From a virus (taxonomy: Duplodnaviria; Caudoviricetes), in IMG/VR virus record IMGVR_UViG_3300021400_001327, positions 43,315 through 107,314 of that record: DNA of 64,000 nt, one strand, 5' to 3'. Shown piece after piece: positions 19,427-31,991 of this stretch (position 1 is the first letter of the stretch; every line of letters starts with the position of its first letter). The position numbers and the translations under genes were made by a program. A model generated the notes under the pieces. The model had not been told where the DNA came from. It did not search any database and was given only the letters and a program-made list of their open reading frames with translations.

Positions 19427-19657
19427 GTGGTGATATTGGCAAAAGAAAAAGATCGGCACAAGAATCCGAACTATAAGAACGAGTATGCCCGCGCAAACTA
19501 TGAACGTGTTACGTTTATGTACAAACATGACCAACGTTATAAAGAGCGCATCAAAGCGCAGGCTGAATACGATGGTATGTCCATCAACGCCTGGATTCTT
19601 CGCGCAATTGATACACAGCTTCGCCGCGAGTCCGGCGAGCTTACAGGAGAGGAGTGA
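19427..19657 (+). CDS. Ribbon-helix-helix (Arc-like) DNA-binding protein
   Basis: NYERVTF...KERIKAQAE..GMSINAWILRAI. Confidence 0.7.
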   Translation: MVILAKEKDRHKNPNYKNEYARANYERVTFMYKHDQRYKERIKAQAEYDGMSINAWILRAIDTQLRRESGELTGEE

Positions 19658-19663
19658 TACACC

Positions 19664-20356
19664 CTGAAGTTTCTTGATGACCTTGACCCGCGACTGATAA
19701 CCGACGAGCAACGACAACAACTCCGTGAACTCTATGAACGCGACCCGTACGCGTTCTACAACCTGTGGCGCGATCCCGCCCAAGCTCAAATCTGGGCAGA
19801 AGGCGAGAACTTCAAGACAGAGCCCGCCAACGACCTGTATCAGAAAATCGGCGCTTTGAGGCTCGCCGGTGCGCCCGAGCATGTTATTGACTTCTGGAAA
19901 GACACACTTACGCACAAGGGCAGAGACGAAAGGAGTGATTTACTGCCACCAGCAACAAAACCTGTTCCAGAGAAGCTTAAGCAAATCGACGAGCTTTGCG
20001 CGTATCTCGACGGTTTATTGAACTGGGTCGAAGACAATCGGCTCGAACTCGATGACAATGCCGACGAGCTTCCAGACGTTCTGCCAATTGCTGGCAAGTG
20101 GGAGCGTTTGATGCGGCGAGCGACGACGGGCAAAGACGTGATTGAACATCACAACGGCGCCGTGCGTCACTACAAAGCGACTGATGACGTTGTAGAGGCC
20201 AACATGGGCGTCGAGGTCGTAGAAGTGATATTAAGAGAGGGCGCAGACATCGAGCTCGATATCGAAGACTGGGACAACAACTACATCAAGCCCGGAAGCT
20301 GCCGCATAGACAGCAACGGCAACATCCTGTTATACTTCTATCACTGTTACGAATGA
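19664..20356 (+). CDS. Hypothetical acidic protein (probable CTG start)
   Basis: Frame open from 19658; GAGGAG upstream of CTG 19664. Confidence 0.6.
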   Translation: MKFLDDLDPRLITDEQRQQLRELYERDPYAFYNLWRDPAQAQIWAEGENFKTEPANDLYQKIGALRLAGAPEHVIDFWKDTLTHKGRDERSDLLPPATKPVPEKLKQIDELCAYLDGLLNWVEDNRLELDDNADELPDVLPIAGKWERLMRRATTGKDVIEHHNGAVRHYKATDDVVEANMGVEVVEVILREGADIELDIEDWDNNYIKPGSCRIDSNGNILLYFYHCYE

Positions 20357-20416
20357 AGCTGATATCACAAGCCTGTAAGTAAAACCGCATAACGACGCAA
20401 TGAACCGACCACCAGC

Positions 20417-20439
20417 AACCGCCTACGGGCGGTTTTTTT
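20417..20439 (+). terminator. Intrinsic terminator
   Basis: AACCGCC-TACG-GGCGGTT-TTTTT. Confidence 0.8.
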
Positions 20440-20886
20440 ATGCCCAAAAATCCTGCACGAGGGATTGATGAGCGAGCGTTTTTTTGCGACCACTGGTTAG
20501 TCGGAACCAGAAATGAAAACGGAATCAGAAAGGAGACCAAAAATGCAGACATTCATTATCAGCAAGAAGCAGTTCAAGCGCCTCATGAAAATTATCAGCA
20601 AGGGACGCACCATCCAGCGCAAAGCTGAACGGAAAAACAAGAGGCTCGAACGCCTTTTGGCCGAGGTGTTCGGATGATGATTCCAACATGGGTTTTCCTT
20701 GCCGTTCCTATGGTCATCGCGTACGGAATCGGAACCATAATTGATTCCGTAAAAGACCGCCGCGAGCGCCGGATGCTCCACTACATCTTCGACGGTGACA
20801 GGCTTCAGGCGGAGCGCTGCAACAAAATCATTATGCGCCGCGAGCGCAAGTTTTATTGACAACCGGAACCAGAAAGGAGAAGCAAT

Positions 20887-21432
20887 ATGTTCGACGTCAA
20901 ACACGGGCATCACCTGATTTGGACGAACCACGCACTCAACCTCGACGACTGGGCCCCCTTTCTTGAAGAGGAATATCCAGACGTAACGGACGAGAGTGAC
21001 AAGTGGAATATTATCTGCGAGCGGAATCTGGAATATCTGGACGATGAGCGCATGAACCTGAACATTAATCTCGGAATGCCGATCATCTGCATAGCGGATC
21101 TGGAACTCTGGGACGGACGGAAAGATGGTTATAAAATCATCGGATCGGGAAATATTTCTGATTGTCTGTATGACAGTTGCGACTACGACACATGGTACGT
21201 GGACGAGGTCGGAGATCTCTGCTGCGACGCCATACACCACGACGGAACCAACCACTATTTGTATAGGGTTTTCCGCGACGGAACCACACCTGAACAGATG
21301 AGCAAACTGGAACAGAAAATCTACAACGGAATCGCAAAATGGCCTGATATCGCCAGAGTTACGACCAAGATCGGACCCACAATCGCGAAAGTATATGGGT
21401 GGGGATGGAACCGGAACCGGAAACAAAACTGA
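20887..21432 (+). CDS. Hypothetical protein
   Basis: AAAGGAGA RBS; AIHHDGTNHYLYR. Confidence 0.75.
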   Translation: MFDVKHGHHLIWTNHALNLDDWAPFLEEEYPDVTDESDKWNIICERNLEYLDDERMNLNINLGMPIICIADLELWDGRKDGYKIIGSGNISDCLYDSCDYDTWYVDEVGDLCCDAIHHDGTNHYLYRVFRDGTTPEQMSKLEQKIYNGIAKWPDIARVTTKIGPTIAKVYGWGWNRNRKQN

Positions 21433-21499
21433 ATCTTGATTTTGTTAAACAATTAGCGGGGATGAAAACCACCCCGCTTTTTGTTTGGAAGGAGCAATC

Positions 21500-22237
21500 A
21501 TGTCATTCAAAATCGGAAAAATCTTCGACGCGCTCGGACACATCTTCAGAATCAACCAGACGGAACACAAAGGAAAAATGGAGTTCGTTCCGTCTATCAG
21601 TACTTCCTGCCGGTGCAACGAATTCTGTCAGGCACGCATGCGGAACGGCGAGAACGTCTGCGCGGAGTGCTTCGCGGACTCCCTTCTGGCGTTTCGCTGG
21701 TCGCTGGAAGAGGCGCTGGAACAGAATTCCAAACTGCTTTCCGAGCGGCTTCTGACGGAACAGGAAATCGATTCGATTGTCATCCGTTGGACGCCAAAAA
21801 TGCTGGAAGGAAATCCGGGTATGTATACCCGCATCGAGAGCTTCGGCGATGTGCGGAACGTAATCCAGGCACGGAATTACATCCGCATCATCAAACGGAA
21901 CCAGAAATGCAACTTTGCCATCTGGAGCAAAAACTGGCGGCTGTGGTTCATCGCCTTCCAGATGGAAGGGAAGCCGGACAATTGCACGTTCGTGTTGAGC
22001 TCGCTCAAATTGAACGTACAGGACCTGATTCCGCCCGAGATGGAACAGTATGTAGACCACGTTTTTACGGTCTACGATGCTGACTACATCGCCGCCAACG
22101 GAATCGAAACCAACTGCGCGGCTGAGTCCTGCGCAAAGTGCGGACGTTGCTACAGGAAGAACAGGGCGGACCTGTATGTAAACGAGAAGCTCAGGAAGAA
22201 GGGCGGGAAAGCCCGCCGGATAGCCAAAGCCGCATAA
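21500..22237 (+). CDS. GP88-like Cys-rich (Fe-S/radical-SAM-like) protein
   Basis: CRCNEFC..CAECFA, RIESFGD, FAIWSKN, C-terminal CAAESCAKCGRCY. Confidence 0.6.
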   Translation: MSFKIGKIFDALGHIFRINQTEHKGKMEFVPSISTSCRCNEFCQARMRNGENVCAECFADSLLAFRWSLEEALEQNSKLLSERLLTEQEIDSIVIRWTPKMLEGNPGMYTRIESFGDVRNVIQARNYIRIIKRNQKCNFAIWSKNWRLWFIAFQMEGKPDNCTFVLSSLKLNVQDLIPPEMEQYVDHVFTVYDADYIAANGIETNCAAESCAKCGRCYRKNRADLYVNEKLRKKGGKARRIAKAA

Positions 22238-23222
22238 CGGCATCGGAGCCGAAATGAAATCCAATTCGGATTCCCCGACCGTGGTTCCCTGACTGAAAAC
22301 CCACCCCATACGGTCAGCGGAGCCCGAAATGAATCTCGTTTTGGATTTCAGCGGCGGCTCTTGTGGACGAAAACCCACCCCGAAAGGAGACACACTATGG
22401 AGAAACCCGTTGAATACATCGTCAGGGTTTACGACGGACCCGATACCTACGAGTATGAATACTCGAATCCAGAACACGCCAACGAAGCGCGGGACTGGGA
22501 GCGCGAACACGGCAACAGCGCCAGCCTCTTTGCCTACTACTGGGACGGCGTCAACCGTCGCGAAGAGTTTATCCGCTAATGGCGGAACCAGAAAGGAGAT
22601 TGAATCATGAGCAAGCAGTATTTCCCAATCACATCGGACCGGGATCAGACCATAAACTTCATGCGCGTTGACTTCGTCTACAACAAGGGCGGAATGAACG
22701 TCTGGACGTACAAGCGGGAGCCCCGTGGTTACTACCTGATGTTCACGCCGGTCCAGCGTGACGGAATCATGGAGGGCTTCACGGCCTTCACCGGCAAGAA
22801 GTACATCATCACTGAGGTCTCCAGGGCTTCCGCGAAAGCGGAACGGGAAGCAAAAGCTGAAGCTGACCAGTTCATCGAAGACATGCTGGAGCACGTTTGT
22901 GAACAGCTTGGCTGTCATCTGGTCAGAGAGGAGCAGGAATGAAAATCAGGTTTTATCAGGTGACGATGAATCGTCACTATGACTATCCGGCTGCTGTGCC
23001 TGTGACGGAATCGGAAACCATTGTTAATCGCATCGGTCTATCACCCACCGTCAAGAATGTGAAGCGCTTCATCGAGCGTCACACAGACCTTATGATCGAC
23101 ACCCGCTGGATGAGCGTCGCGGAGCAAATCCACGACGGTATGTCATGCGGGTACTTTTCAATCAACCTTGTGACCGGAACAGAATTTGAAACCTGTTCCA
23201 TCGGATTTATGGAGGTGTAATC

Positions 23223-23723
23223 ATGAAACGCTCGTTTGAATGGCATGGAAATAAATACTTCCTGCTCGGAACCGGATCGGACGGAGATTATTATTGGCTC
23301 CAGGAGGCTTCGTTTGATTGTGGCTGGTACTGGAGTATCGGCTACATAGAAACATTCACGAATAATAAAGCTCCGTGGAGGAGCGCAGATATAGCCAGTC
23401 ACAGCCATTTTAAGTACATGATGGAACGCCAAAAAAACGACTTTGGCGGACCAATGAATTGGTATGACGCGTTCCGTGCCGTTTTTCATGAGACGCCGCT
23501 GACGGATTCAGAAGTATGGACCGTGATAGAAATCATGAGGAGCCTGTACACGGCGCGTGATTACTCGGATATGCTTTACCATGGCGGATCGTATTACACC
23601 AGAAACCCTGTCGCAGAAACCATAAAGAACGCAGCGGAATACGGGCGGATCAACAAAGTGGTCATCCCTGCCTTGCTCGAAAACCTGTACAAAATCTTGG
23701 ACGGAACAGGAAAGGAGAACTAA
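23223..23723 (+). CDS. Hypothetical protein
   Basis: GGAGGTG RBS; SFDCGWYWSIGY. Confidence 0.75.
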   Translation: MKRSFEWHGNKYFLLGTGSDGDYYWLQEASFDCGWYWSIGYIETFTNNKAPWRSADIASHSHFKYMMERQKNDFGGPMNWYDAFRAVFHETPLTDSEVWTVIEIMRSLYTARDYSDMLYHGGSYYTRNPVAETIKNAAEYGRINKVVIPALLENLYKILDGTGKEN

Positions 23724-23725
23724 CC

Positions 23726-24106
23726 ATGACCGAAGTCTATCGCCAGACCGGCGCCTATGCCCGCGAACACAATGAGCTCGACCAGTACCGCGAATCGTAT
23801 CGGCTCAACCAGGAATGCAAGCGCGACATCGAGAAGGGCATCGCCGCCGCCTTCGACGGAATGCGCCTCGCTAACGGACCGGAGCAGGAAGTGCTCACTA
23901 AGTACGGCGCGGACCGTGTGTCCTACGTCCTCGCCAACACGCTTCAGGAACTGCGCTACGATGGCCGCTTCAGCCGGAGCAATAAAGAGTGGGCGAACGG
24001 AATCACAATTACACCCAGCGAAAACAACTGCTATCTGATCGTGAACACCCATCCCGCCGTGCTGGATGGATTCGTAAATAAGGTCCGAAAGATTATCGGA
24101 CAGTGA
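23726..24106 (+). CDS. DUF3849-like protein
   Basis: YAREHNELDQYRES..N.EC...IE..I...FDGMRL; RFSRSNKEWA. Confidence 0.65.
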   Translation: MTEVYRQTGAYAREHNELDQYRESYRLNQECKRDIEKGIAAAFDGMRLANGPEQEVLTKYGADRVSYVLANTLQELRYDGRFSRSNKEWANGITITPSENNCYLIVNTHPAVLDGFVNKVRKIIGQ

Positions 24107-25739
24107 AAGGAGAACGGAATGGATAATCAATCGCATTTCAAATGGGAACTGACCCGCGATGAACTGGACACCATCTGGTGGGCGCTGACCGAGCGCGAAA
24201 CATCCATGCGGAAGAAAGCCGAGCGTGTACACAACGGCGAGAAACTGGGTTGCACGGAAGCAGAATATCACAGCATGGCCAACAAATGTTTAGACTTGTA
24301 CGGCCAAATCAATCGTATGCGGAACCGCTACTGGTAAGAAAGGAGACAAAAACCATGACTATTAAGCGCGACATCCTCGGAACCGTAATCGAAATCAAAT
24401 TATCTGAGCAGGAAGTGCTCGCCGCCCACCGTGCCTATCTGGAACAGGAGCTCGGTAAGATGAGCGCTCCTCTCCCCCAGCCCACAAAGTGTGAGATGAC
24501 TCAGAAGCCACAGCCGGACTGCAATCCAAAGCTTGTTGTCGCTGTGGCCGTAGGGCAGGAACCTGAGTATATACAGAAACTGTGGGAGTGCAGGGCAAAA
24601 CTCGAAGAGGCACCGTACACATCAAAACGTTGTTTGGTGCTGGATGCTTACGTTCCGTATATGGCAGCAGCGCATAAAGCAGGGCTGTCTGGAAATAAGA
24701 TTGCGCAAATACTCGGCACTTGCCCGTTAACAGTTCTGAAACGTCTTGATTCTATTCGTCGAGGGAATACTTTCGCCGCCTGACGGACTCAGAAAGGAGA
24801 GAGCGTATGGGTTACTACACAAGTTATAACATGGACGTAAACAACGTTAAGAGTAAAGCGGAACACGATGCGCTTTATGATGCGCTTAGAAAGAAGAACA
24901 TTATTGGATATGCCTTCTATGGCGGAGACTGGGATAAGCATAACTCATCCTCGTTCTGGTGCAGCGAATGCGTTAAGTGGTACGACCACGATGAAGACAT
25001 GCTTGAGATCAGCAAACAGTTCCCGGAAATGACGTTCAAACTGATCGGAACAGGCGATGATGACGATGATCGCTGGTACACGCTGTATCGTAATGGCGAA
25101 TTTGAAACGGTAAAGGCCGTACTGACCTGGCCGGAACCAAAGCGGATTAAGTGGAAGGAGTTATGGAAATGAAAATCGTTTATCAGGTGACCGTAACGGA
25201 CGAAGATGTCAGACAGAACGTAATGGACGTTATTGATGAAATGGAAGGTGAAATCGAGTTTCACAACGACGATGAGAAGTCCAACTTTATCACAGACTGC
25301 ACTGAGAACATCTGCGATAAATACGAAAGCGAATATTGGAACCACGAATTGTCGTACATGGACTATGAAGAAGAAGTCCTGGATTTGGCAAGGGAATATG
25401 GAATCAGGAAGGACTGACGATGAGAGCGAAGGATTACCTGAAGCTCAATCGGACGGCAGCGGTCGAGCTCCGGGCGCTTGATGAGTATTTACTGAGGCTG
25501 TGCGGAACAGCATTTGACTGGAGATTCGTCAACATGTACGACATCCCTCTTCTGGCCGGAACGATAAACGGACACGAGTTCCTCGTGAACCTCAGCCTGC
25601 CGATGAAGAAGGTGAAATACTGGATCGATGGAGCCGTAAAGGAGAGTGATGACTATCACGGCTTCAGCGAAGAAGAGCTCGCAATCGAAATCTCGAACTG
25701 GTCCGGCAGGAATTTCTTGTATGAAATCGAATCTCTTAT

Positions 25740-25769
25740 TTGACATCGGAGCCCAAAACGAATTAGGAT
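25740..25769 (+). promoter_or_regulatory. Possible sigma-A promoter
   Basis: TTGACA-18 nt-TAGGAT. Confidence 0.45.
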
Positions 25770-25788
25770 TATGAAGGGAGTGGAGTAA

Positions 25789-26361
25789 ATGAGAGCGTCG
25801 GACTGGGGAATACTAATCTTACTCGTTATCCTCTTTGGCCAATACTACTACAGGATGAACAAAGCACAGAAGGATCTGTTTAAGGAACAGGCGATAAAGT
25901 ATCAATTGCTCCCGAAGTACGGTGTGTTTGATCAGCACACAATAAAGAATTATCTGAGCAAATTTGCAGAGCCAGGAGTCAATGTGTACTTCGGCAGCCT
26001 GCAAAATGTCGCGCAGAGTGTTCCGATGATGCGGCTCGGATCGATTGACACTGCGATGAGAAAGTACTATAGCTGGTACGGGTTCCTGTATATCGCAATG
26101 TACATCATGTATTATCAGGATTCTATGCCGCAAATCGCCAGACGGATGGCGCACGAGCTTGAGAAGTACTGGCCGGAAGGAATGACATGGCGAAAAGCCA
26201 CGAAGTACTTAACGGAATTAAATCAACAAGAGATTTATGAACTCGGAAACAAAGCTACCTACTATGCAAAACTATACATGACGCTTCCGCCGGAAATCCA
26301 AGCGAAACTCGATGACAAAAAACAGCGAAAGAAGTTCCTGAAAGAAGAAGGAATAATCTAA
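25789..26361 (+). CDS. Membrane-anchored protein (moron-like)
   Basis: N-terminal TM helix; own promoter and terminator. Confidence 0.7.
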   Translation: MRASDWGILILLVILFGQYYYRMNKAQKDLFKEQAIKYQLLPKYGVFDQHTIKNYLSKFAEPGVNVYFGSLQNVAQSVPMMRLGSIDTAMRKYYSWYGFLYIAMYIMYYQDSMPQIARRMAHELEKYWPEGMTWRKATKYLTELNQQEIYELGNKATYYAKLYMTLPPEIQAKLDDKKQRKKFLKEEGII

Positions 26362-26397
26362 CGGAACCACAATTGAATATGGATCGTTACGAAGTAT

Positions 26398-26427
26398 GAG
26401 GACTGTCTGGAACGGCAGTCCTCTTTA
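26398..26427 (+). terminator. Hairpin terminator
   Basis: GAGGACTGTC-loop-GGCAGTCCTC-TTT. Confidence 0.55.
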
Positions 26428-27350
26428 ATTACGAAAGGAGACAGACGGAATGGTAACAAACACATTCGGGCTGAAGATGGACGGCCTCGCTCAGGCCGCA
26501 GCCGCCACCGAAGATTATGGTTGGCGCGGACTCAGATACAACGAACTCTTCTACAATATGCGGACCGGTAAGGTGTGGCTGGTCAAGCAGACCAGTCTGA
26601 ACCAGGCCGCCTGTACTAAATATGATAACCCCAGCATCGTGAAGATTGGCAACCTGACGGACCAGTATACAGAACAGAAACTGGCGGTAAGGATTTACCG
26701 TGGGCTCATCAAACAGGGGAGGATCAGAAAATCATGAAAAAGATGTCTGAGGTCTATGCGGAACTGGTCGCCGCGATGCCGTCGGAAGAAATCGACCATC
26801 ATGAGTCGGACCTGTATGTGAAAGCCACGCCGGTCAGTAGTCGGATCATCAAAGAGGCTGATATCCCCCACGGAATGGTGGAACGGTTTGTAGACCAAAT
26901 TACAGGAACCGTCTGGTACGACCTTGCGTTTGCTTACATGCCCTTCTGGGCGGAAAGGATTTAATATGGCAGATTACACTCGTTACTCTATGGAAGTCGA
27001 CGGAATCAAAACCGATGAAGAACTGAAGGCGTTTGAGGACAAGCTCAAAGAGCTCGACCTTATCGGATACGTCTTCGATGAAGGTCCTTGGAAAGCAAAG
27101 AATGGTATTTACCAGTGGGGACATTACGATGAGCAGAACTGGACGACATGTGAGGAAACGATGATGCTTCTCAGCAGGACATTTCCGACCTTCACCTTTA
27201 AGCTCATGTGCTACGGTGAGGGGATTGACGACAACTGGGTGCTGTATATGAAGAACAACGTTTGGCAGTGGGTTAAAGCGGAATGCGTTGCCCCTGCTCC
27301 CGACTGGGCGGAATGGCGCGGCGACTGGAAAATGTGAAGGGAGAACCGGA

Positions 27351-27680
27351 ATGACATTTGAAGTGAAAACCCGCTGGGCTGTAACGCCTGACTGTTACCT
27401 GAGTGTTGGCCAATATGAACGCGGCAAGCACATCGCCATCAGCATCTGGTCTGAATCGGAAGGACCGTTCGCTGACCTGACCGTGAACCTCGACAAGGTC
27501 AAGCGGTTCCCGAGGAACTACGCTTTCGTGGACGTGAACAATTTTCCAGAGGCTGAAGCCATGATCAAACAATTGGGCATTGGAACACGAATTGAAAACG
27601 AATTCGGTTTCAGCGGATACTGCGCTTACCCGCTGTATCAGTTCGATGAAGAAGCAATTAAGAAATGGATGGAGGGATGA
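27351..27680 (+). CDS. DUF4313-like protein
   Basis: PFADLTVNL, AFVDVNN, SGYCAYPLYQF. Confidence 0.55.
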   Translation: MTFEVKTRWAVTPDCYLSVGQYERGKHIAISIWSESEGPFADLTVNLDKVKRFPRNYAFVDVNNFPEAEAMIKQLGIGTRIENEFGFSGYCAYPLYQFDEEAIKKWMEG

Positions 27681-30600
27681 AAATGACTATCGGAGATTTG
27701 GCGGACGTATATCAGGGACACATGGTGGTTATGGGAGCGGACAAGATAACGCTCGCAGACACGATCCGTGACCACGGGGATTTGCCGTTCGACCTTATCA
27801 ATGTGCGGATTGAAGGACTCTTGCCGCTGAAATATCCAAGCGGAGAGTTTTATATTGAAATCACTGTCGACCTGTAACGAAAGGAGATAAGAAGTATGGA
27901 ACTGGAAGTCAAAACAAAGCTCGGAACCCTGATGGCCTCTGCGGACGGAGACGTCAGTTATCCGGGAATCATGATATATCTTGTGCGTGACGACGGAATG
28001 AGAATACTGTATGCCTGGGTCGAAGTCGACGAGACAGAAGCGGAACCAGTGCTGAAGGTGCATGCGTTCAACAGCTACGACGACGAGCCAGAGTTTGATT
28101 TGGACCAGACAGCGGACGACATCAATAATTATGGAGAGGAGACGGAATAATGAAGAGGTATCGGATTGAGTTTAACGGCGTGATTGAGATTGAAGCCGAG
28201 GACGAGGACGAAGCGTGGTCGACCTTTGGATGTATGTCCGACGAAGAAGTACGCGGGAACATCAGCTACATCGATGTAGAAGAGGTTGAGTAAGGAAGGA
28301 GCGATAATCGTGAAAAAGATTCAGTTTGGACTGACGGAAGAGCAGATGCTGATCACGAAGGGATGGACGGTTGTGCCGTCTGACAGCAACGACCCCACGC
28401 AGCCCGTGCTGTTCATCCCGCCGCTTGAGTCGGACGAGCGTCCGTTCATTAAAATGTCCGATGGAACCAGAATCAACGTCACAGCCAATATGTGCGACGC
28501 CATCTACCGCTACGTGGATCGGGAGTCTGCCGCCGATGATTTGAATTACTTCACGAACGATAAGTATGAGGGCGGCGAGTTCATTGAGCATAAGGACGAG
28601 ATTGAGGAATGCAAGGAAGATATCATCGACAACTACATTGAGCGCCGGAACGGAGCGGAATCGTGGTGGGATGATATGCGCGACAGCATCAAGTATTCAC
28701 TGGGATTGTATTAAGGAAGGAGCGATAAACATGAAACCGTTTAAGGAACTCAGCCGTAGAGAGCGCATGAACGAACTGCTGGTGCATGTAAACCAGATCA
28801 TGCATCGTATCTATCCAGACCGTGAACTCTGGGTGGACTACGTTAAGCCGGACGAGGAAAGCATCAAGACCTTCAGCGACTGGACTCAGAAGAGACTTGG
28901 AATTCTGACTGGAGATGAATACCTAATCGTCAGCGAAGGGCCCCGCATGGAGAGTGTCCTGTACGCCGTGAATATTTCGGCGGACTCAGAACTCACGGCG
29001 ATGGACGAACTGTTTCATCTGCTGAGTTATAAGTTTTAAGGAGCGTTGTGATGGATGGTAACGGATACGCCATCTTTTCATATGAAAGATGGCGTGATGG
29101 TATGCAGGATAGGCCGGAGCCCGAAACAATGAGTCTTGAAGACCTGGTCTCCGAACTGATTAAATGGTTGCCGAAGGATGAGCACCGCATATGGAGCTAT
29201 GACGGAGACGAAATTCTGTGTGAGACTGAACAGCTTGCTGAAGACATCGCCGACTTCATAGATGCGCTCTATGGCACACCTGTAGCAAACACAGGATACT
29301 ACGCCCCAGAAGAGGATGCGCGGAACGGCGAAACAGACCAGCAGACCGGCTGGTATTATGTGACGATAGATTAAGGCGGAAGGAGAAAATGATATGACGT
29401 TATTTGGTGGATATGAGTGCAAGACGACTTTCTGGAACGACTTCGAGATTGCAGAACGATTCGGAAAAGATGCTCTGATGGACACCTTCAACAGGGCGTT
29501 CGGTGAGTGGAAGAACAACTACATCTACCTGACAGAATTGGTCATGGTGATGAACCACAAGCTGTGGTACTGGTACGAGAAAAAGCACGATCACCCATAT
29601 GTGGAACTGTACAACGTTTTCTACGATAAGAGCTCATGCTATGCGGAAGAGAATCTGAAAGGCAATGAGCTCAGCTACTACTACAGGACGACAGACTGAA
29701 AGGAGAATCGTTATGAAGTATCGCGAATACAAGAAAGAATACATCGGCGAATCCGACAGCGCTGTACTGGTGGTGCTGTCTCAGACATATGACGGGGCGC
29801 TCGAAGCGGCGCCGCTGAAGTTTGGTCAGGACCACGCATACAGCGCATATATCGTGGACCAGCACTGCGACCCGCCCCAGCTTGAGGGATGGAACCTTGA
29901 GATCATCAGGATTGGCGCTGGTTGGTTCAGAATCTACGACGACCACGAGGGAATCGTGATGCAGAAGGATTTTGATAACGTGCTCCGCATTTACCGGCGC
30001 GGCGAGATGGGCTGCATCATCCAGGCGTATTGAGAGGAGTTAAACATGAAGTATATCGACTATATGGAACAGCATCCGAAAGAGAACATGAGTTGGTGCA
30101 GGCCGTTCCTGTCAGATGACGGACACGCGCTTGCTCTCAACGAGGGCGACCCAACCTGCCGCTTCCCAGACGGGGCAATAGGCGGGCAGGAACTGATGAA
30201 GCGGTTTGCAATGGAGGTCAATCCATCATATGATTTATACAGCGGATGGGATGACATTCATATAGCGCTCGAGTGCATGCACGAAGTCGGCTGCGTGGAC
30301 TGTCCGTTTGCCGACATGTGCGAAGTGATGAACGATGAACTGGAGGGATGAGGAATGAATAAGGAGCGCAGGAAGCAGTTACAGGAAGTGATCAACAAGA
30401 TTTCCGAAGCGCACGACCTGCTCGACGAGATATTGAGTGACGAGCAGAACGCCTTCGACAATATGCCGGAGGGGCTCCAGTCTTCGGAACGCGGTGAGAC
30501 TATGGAAGAAGGCATCTACAACATGGAAGAGGCGCGTGATAACCTCGAAGACATTACCAGCACACTCGAAGAAGTAATGGGATAGGAGAGATGAGCGATG

Positions 30601-31338
30601 ACGGAAGACACTTATATCAAGTGTATTGACGGTAAATGGTATGCCTTTGCGGCAGACACAAAGGATTGGAAAGCATATTCGATTGGTAGCGACAATCCGA
30701 GCAGAGGCAGAGACGGCACGCGTTGGGTGGCGCCACTGAACGACAGTGGAATCAAATATGTGGCTATCTGGTCGACGTCCAGAAGCGGCGCTTATCAGAA
30801 AGCCCGTCGGAATGGCAATTACTGCGGCGAAATGAAATGGTAAGGAGACAACACCATGACGAAGCTCACGAAGGAAGAGGCCAAGAAGGAACTGTTCGAT
30901 GCGCTGAACATTGACCATCCAATCATCTTTCATGTCTACGAGACCGACATTACGGACGGATATGTGGTGGGATCGGGGATCATCGGAGCGCCCGATGACC
31001 TGTACGACACAGACCGCTTCTACGATATCGGATATGATAACCACGACGTGGAAGAAATCCATGTCGACAGCATCACGACCTACATGATTGGTGATGGTGG
31101 GGATAGCGAACATGCTGACTCCAGCGATTGCGCTGTCATAGAGGATATGCTGAACAACCGACGGACAGCTGGCGGACTGATGGAGTTCCTTGAACACGAC
31201 GCCGACGTCATCTCTGATTGTGGCGCTGGGTATGTGGACAACCCGTGCTATGAGCCTGAAGACGACGATTACGACATATAATAGGAAGAAACCCATGCAT
31301 GCTTTATCCAATGGATAGAAACGGAAGGAGATTTGATT

Positions 31339-31902
31339 ATGAAGATAGTATTCTCAGCGGAAACATTCAAGAGAATGATGAAGGTTTGTTCGTCGGCAGT
31401 CATCAAGAAGGACGATGGCCGAAGAATGCTCCAGTACATCTGCATTGATGTTGGTTACGACGGAACATTTACTGCGTGTGGTGTGAACGGGCATGAGCTT
31501 GCCAAGTATAGAGGGGCATGTGAGGCTGACGGAGAGGGACGTGTCTTCATTAAGCCGGTCAAGACGCCAAAGGACGCGACCAGGGTCGTGGTCGACGGTA
31601 CAGATGGAACAAGGACCATTGTTGAGTATCAGATGTACAGCCGCGCCATTTACACAGAGGTACAGGTGGTCGATAAAGGCGAGTTTATCGCTTACGACAA
31701 TGTGATTCCTAAACCAGAGGAGCGAGATGTTCTTTCGATTTCGGTCGATCCGAAAGCCATGATTGAGTTAATGTCTGGCCTGAAGGACTTTAAGTCTATA
31801 AAGATGTCCTTCAGAAGACCGATCGACAGCATCCTGATTACACCGAATCATTACACGGAAGGCGAAGTCACTTGCGTCCTGCTACCAATGCGTGTCGCTT
31901 GA
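31339..31902 (+). CDS. Sliding-clamp (DnaN)-like protein, shortened
   Basis: ACGVNGHELA (ATDGHRL-like), GEFIAYDNVIP, C-terminal VLLPMR. Confidence 0.55.
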   Translation: MKIVFSAETFKRMMKVCSSAVIKKDDGRRMLQYICIDVGYDGTFTACGVNGHELAKYRGACEADGEGRVFIKPVKTPKDATRVVVDGTDGTRTIVEYQMYSRAIYTEVQVVDKGEFIAYDNVIPKPEERDVLSISVDPKAMIELMSGLKDFKSIKMSFRRPIDSILITPNHYTEGEVTCVLLPMRVA

Positions 31903-31936
31903 TGGCGGCAGACCATGATTGATACGTCTTAGCGAT

Positions 31937-31965
31937 TTGACAGGCCGAAATAGTATATGTATACT
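31937..31965 (+). promoter_or_regulatory. Sigma-A promoter
   Basis: TTGACA-17 nt-TATACT. Confidence 0.8.
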
Positions 31966-31991
31966 GTGTATCGAAAGGAGGTCGGTTTGAA

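Noticed and set aside
21503-22918. Long antisense ORFs (also 18367-19395 and 42951-44159)
   Set aside because: They mirror the codon bias of well-supported plus-strand genes.
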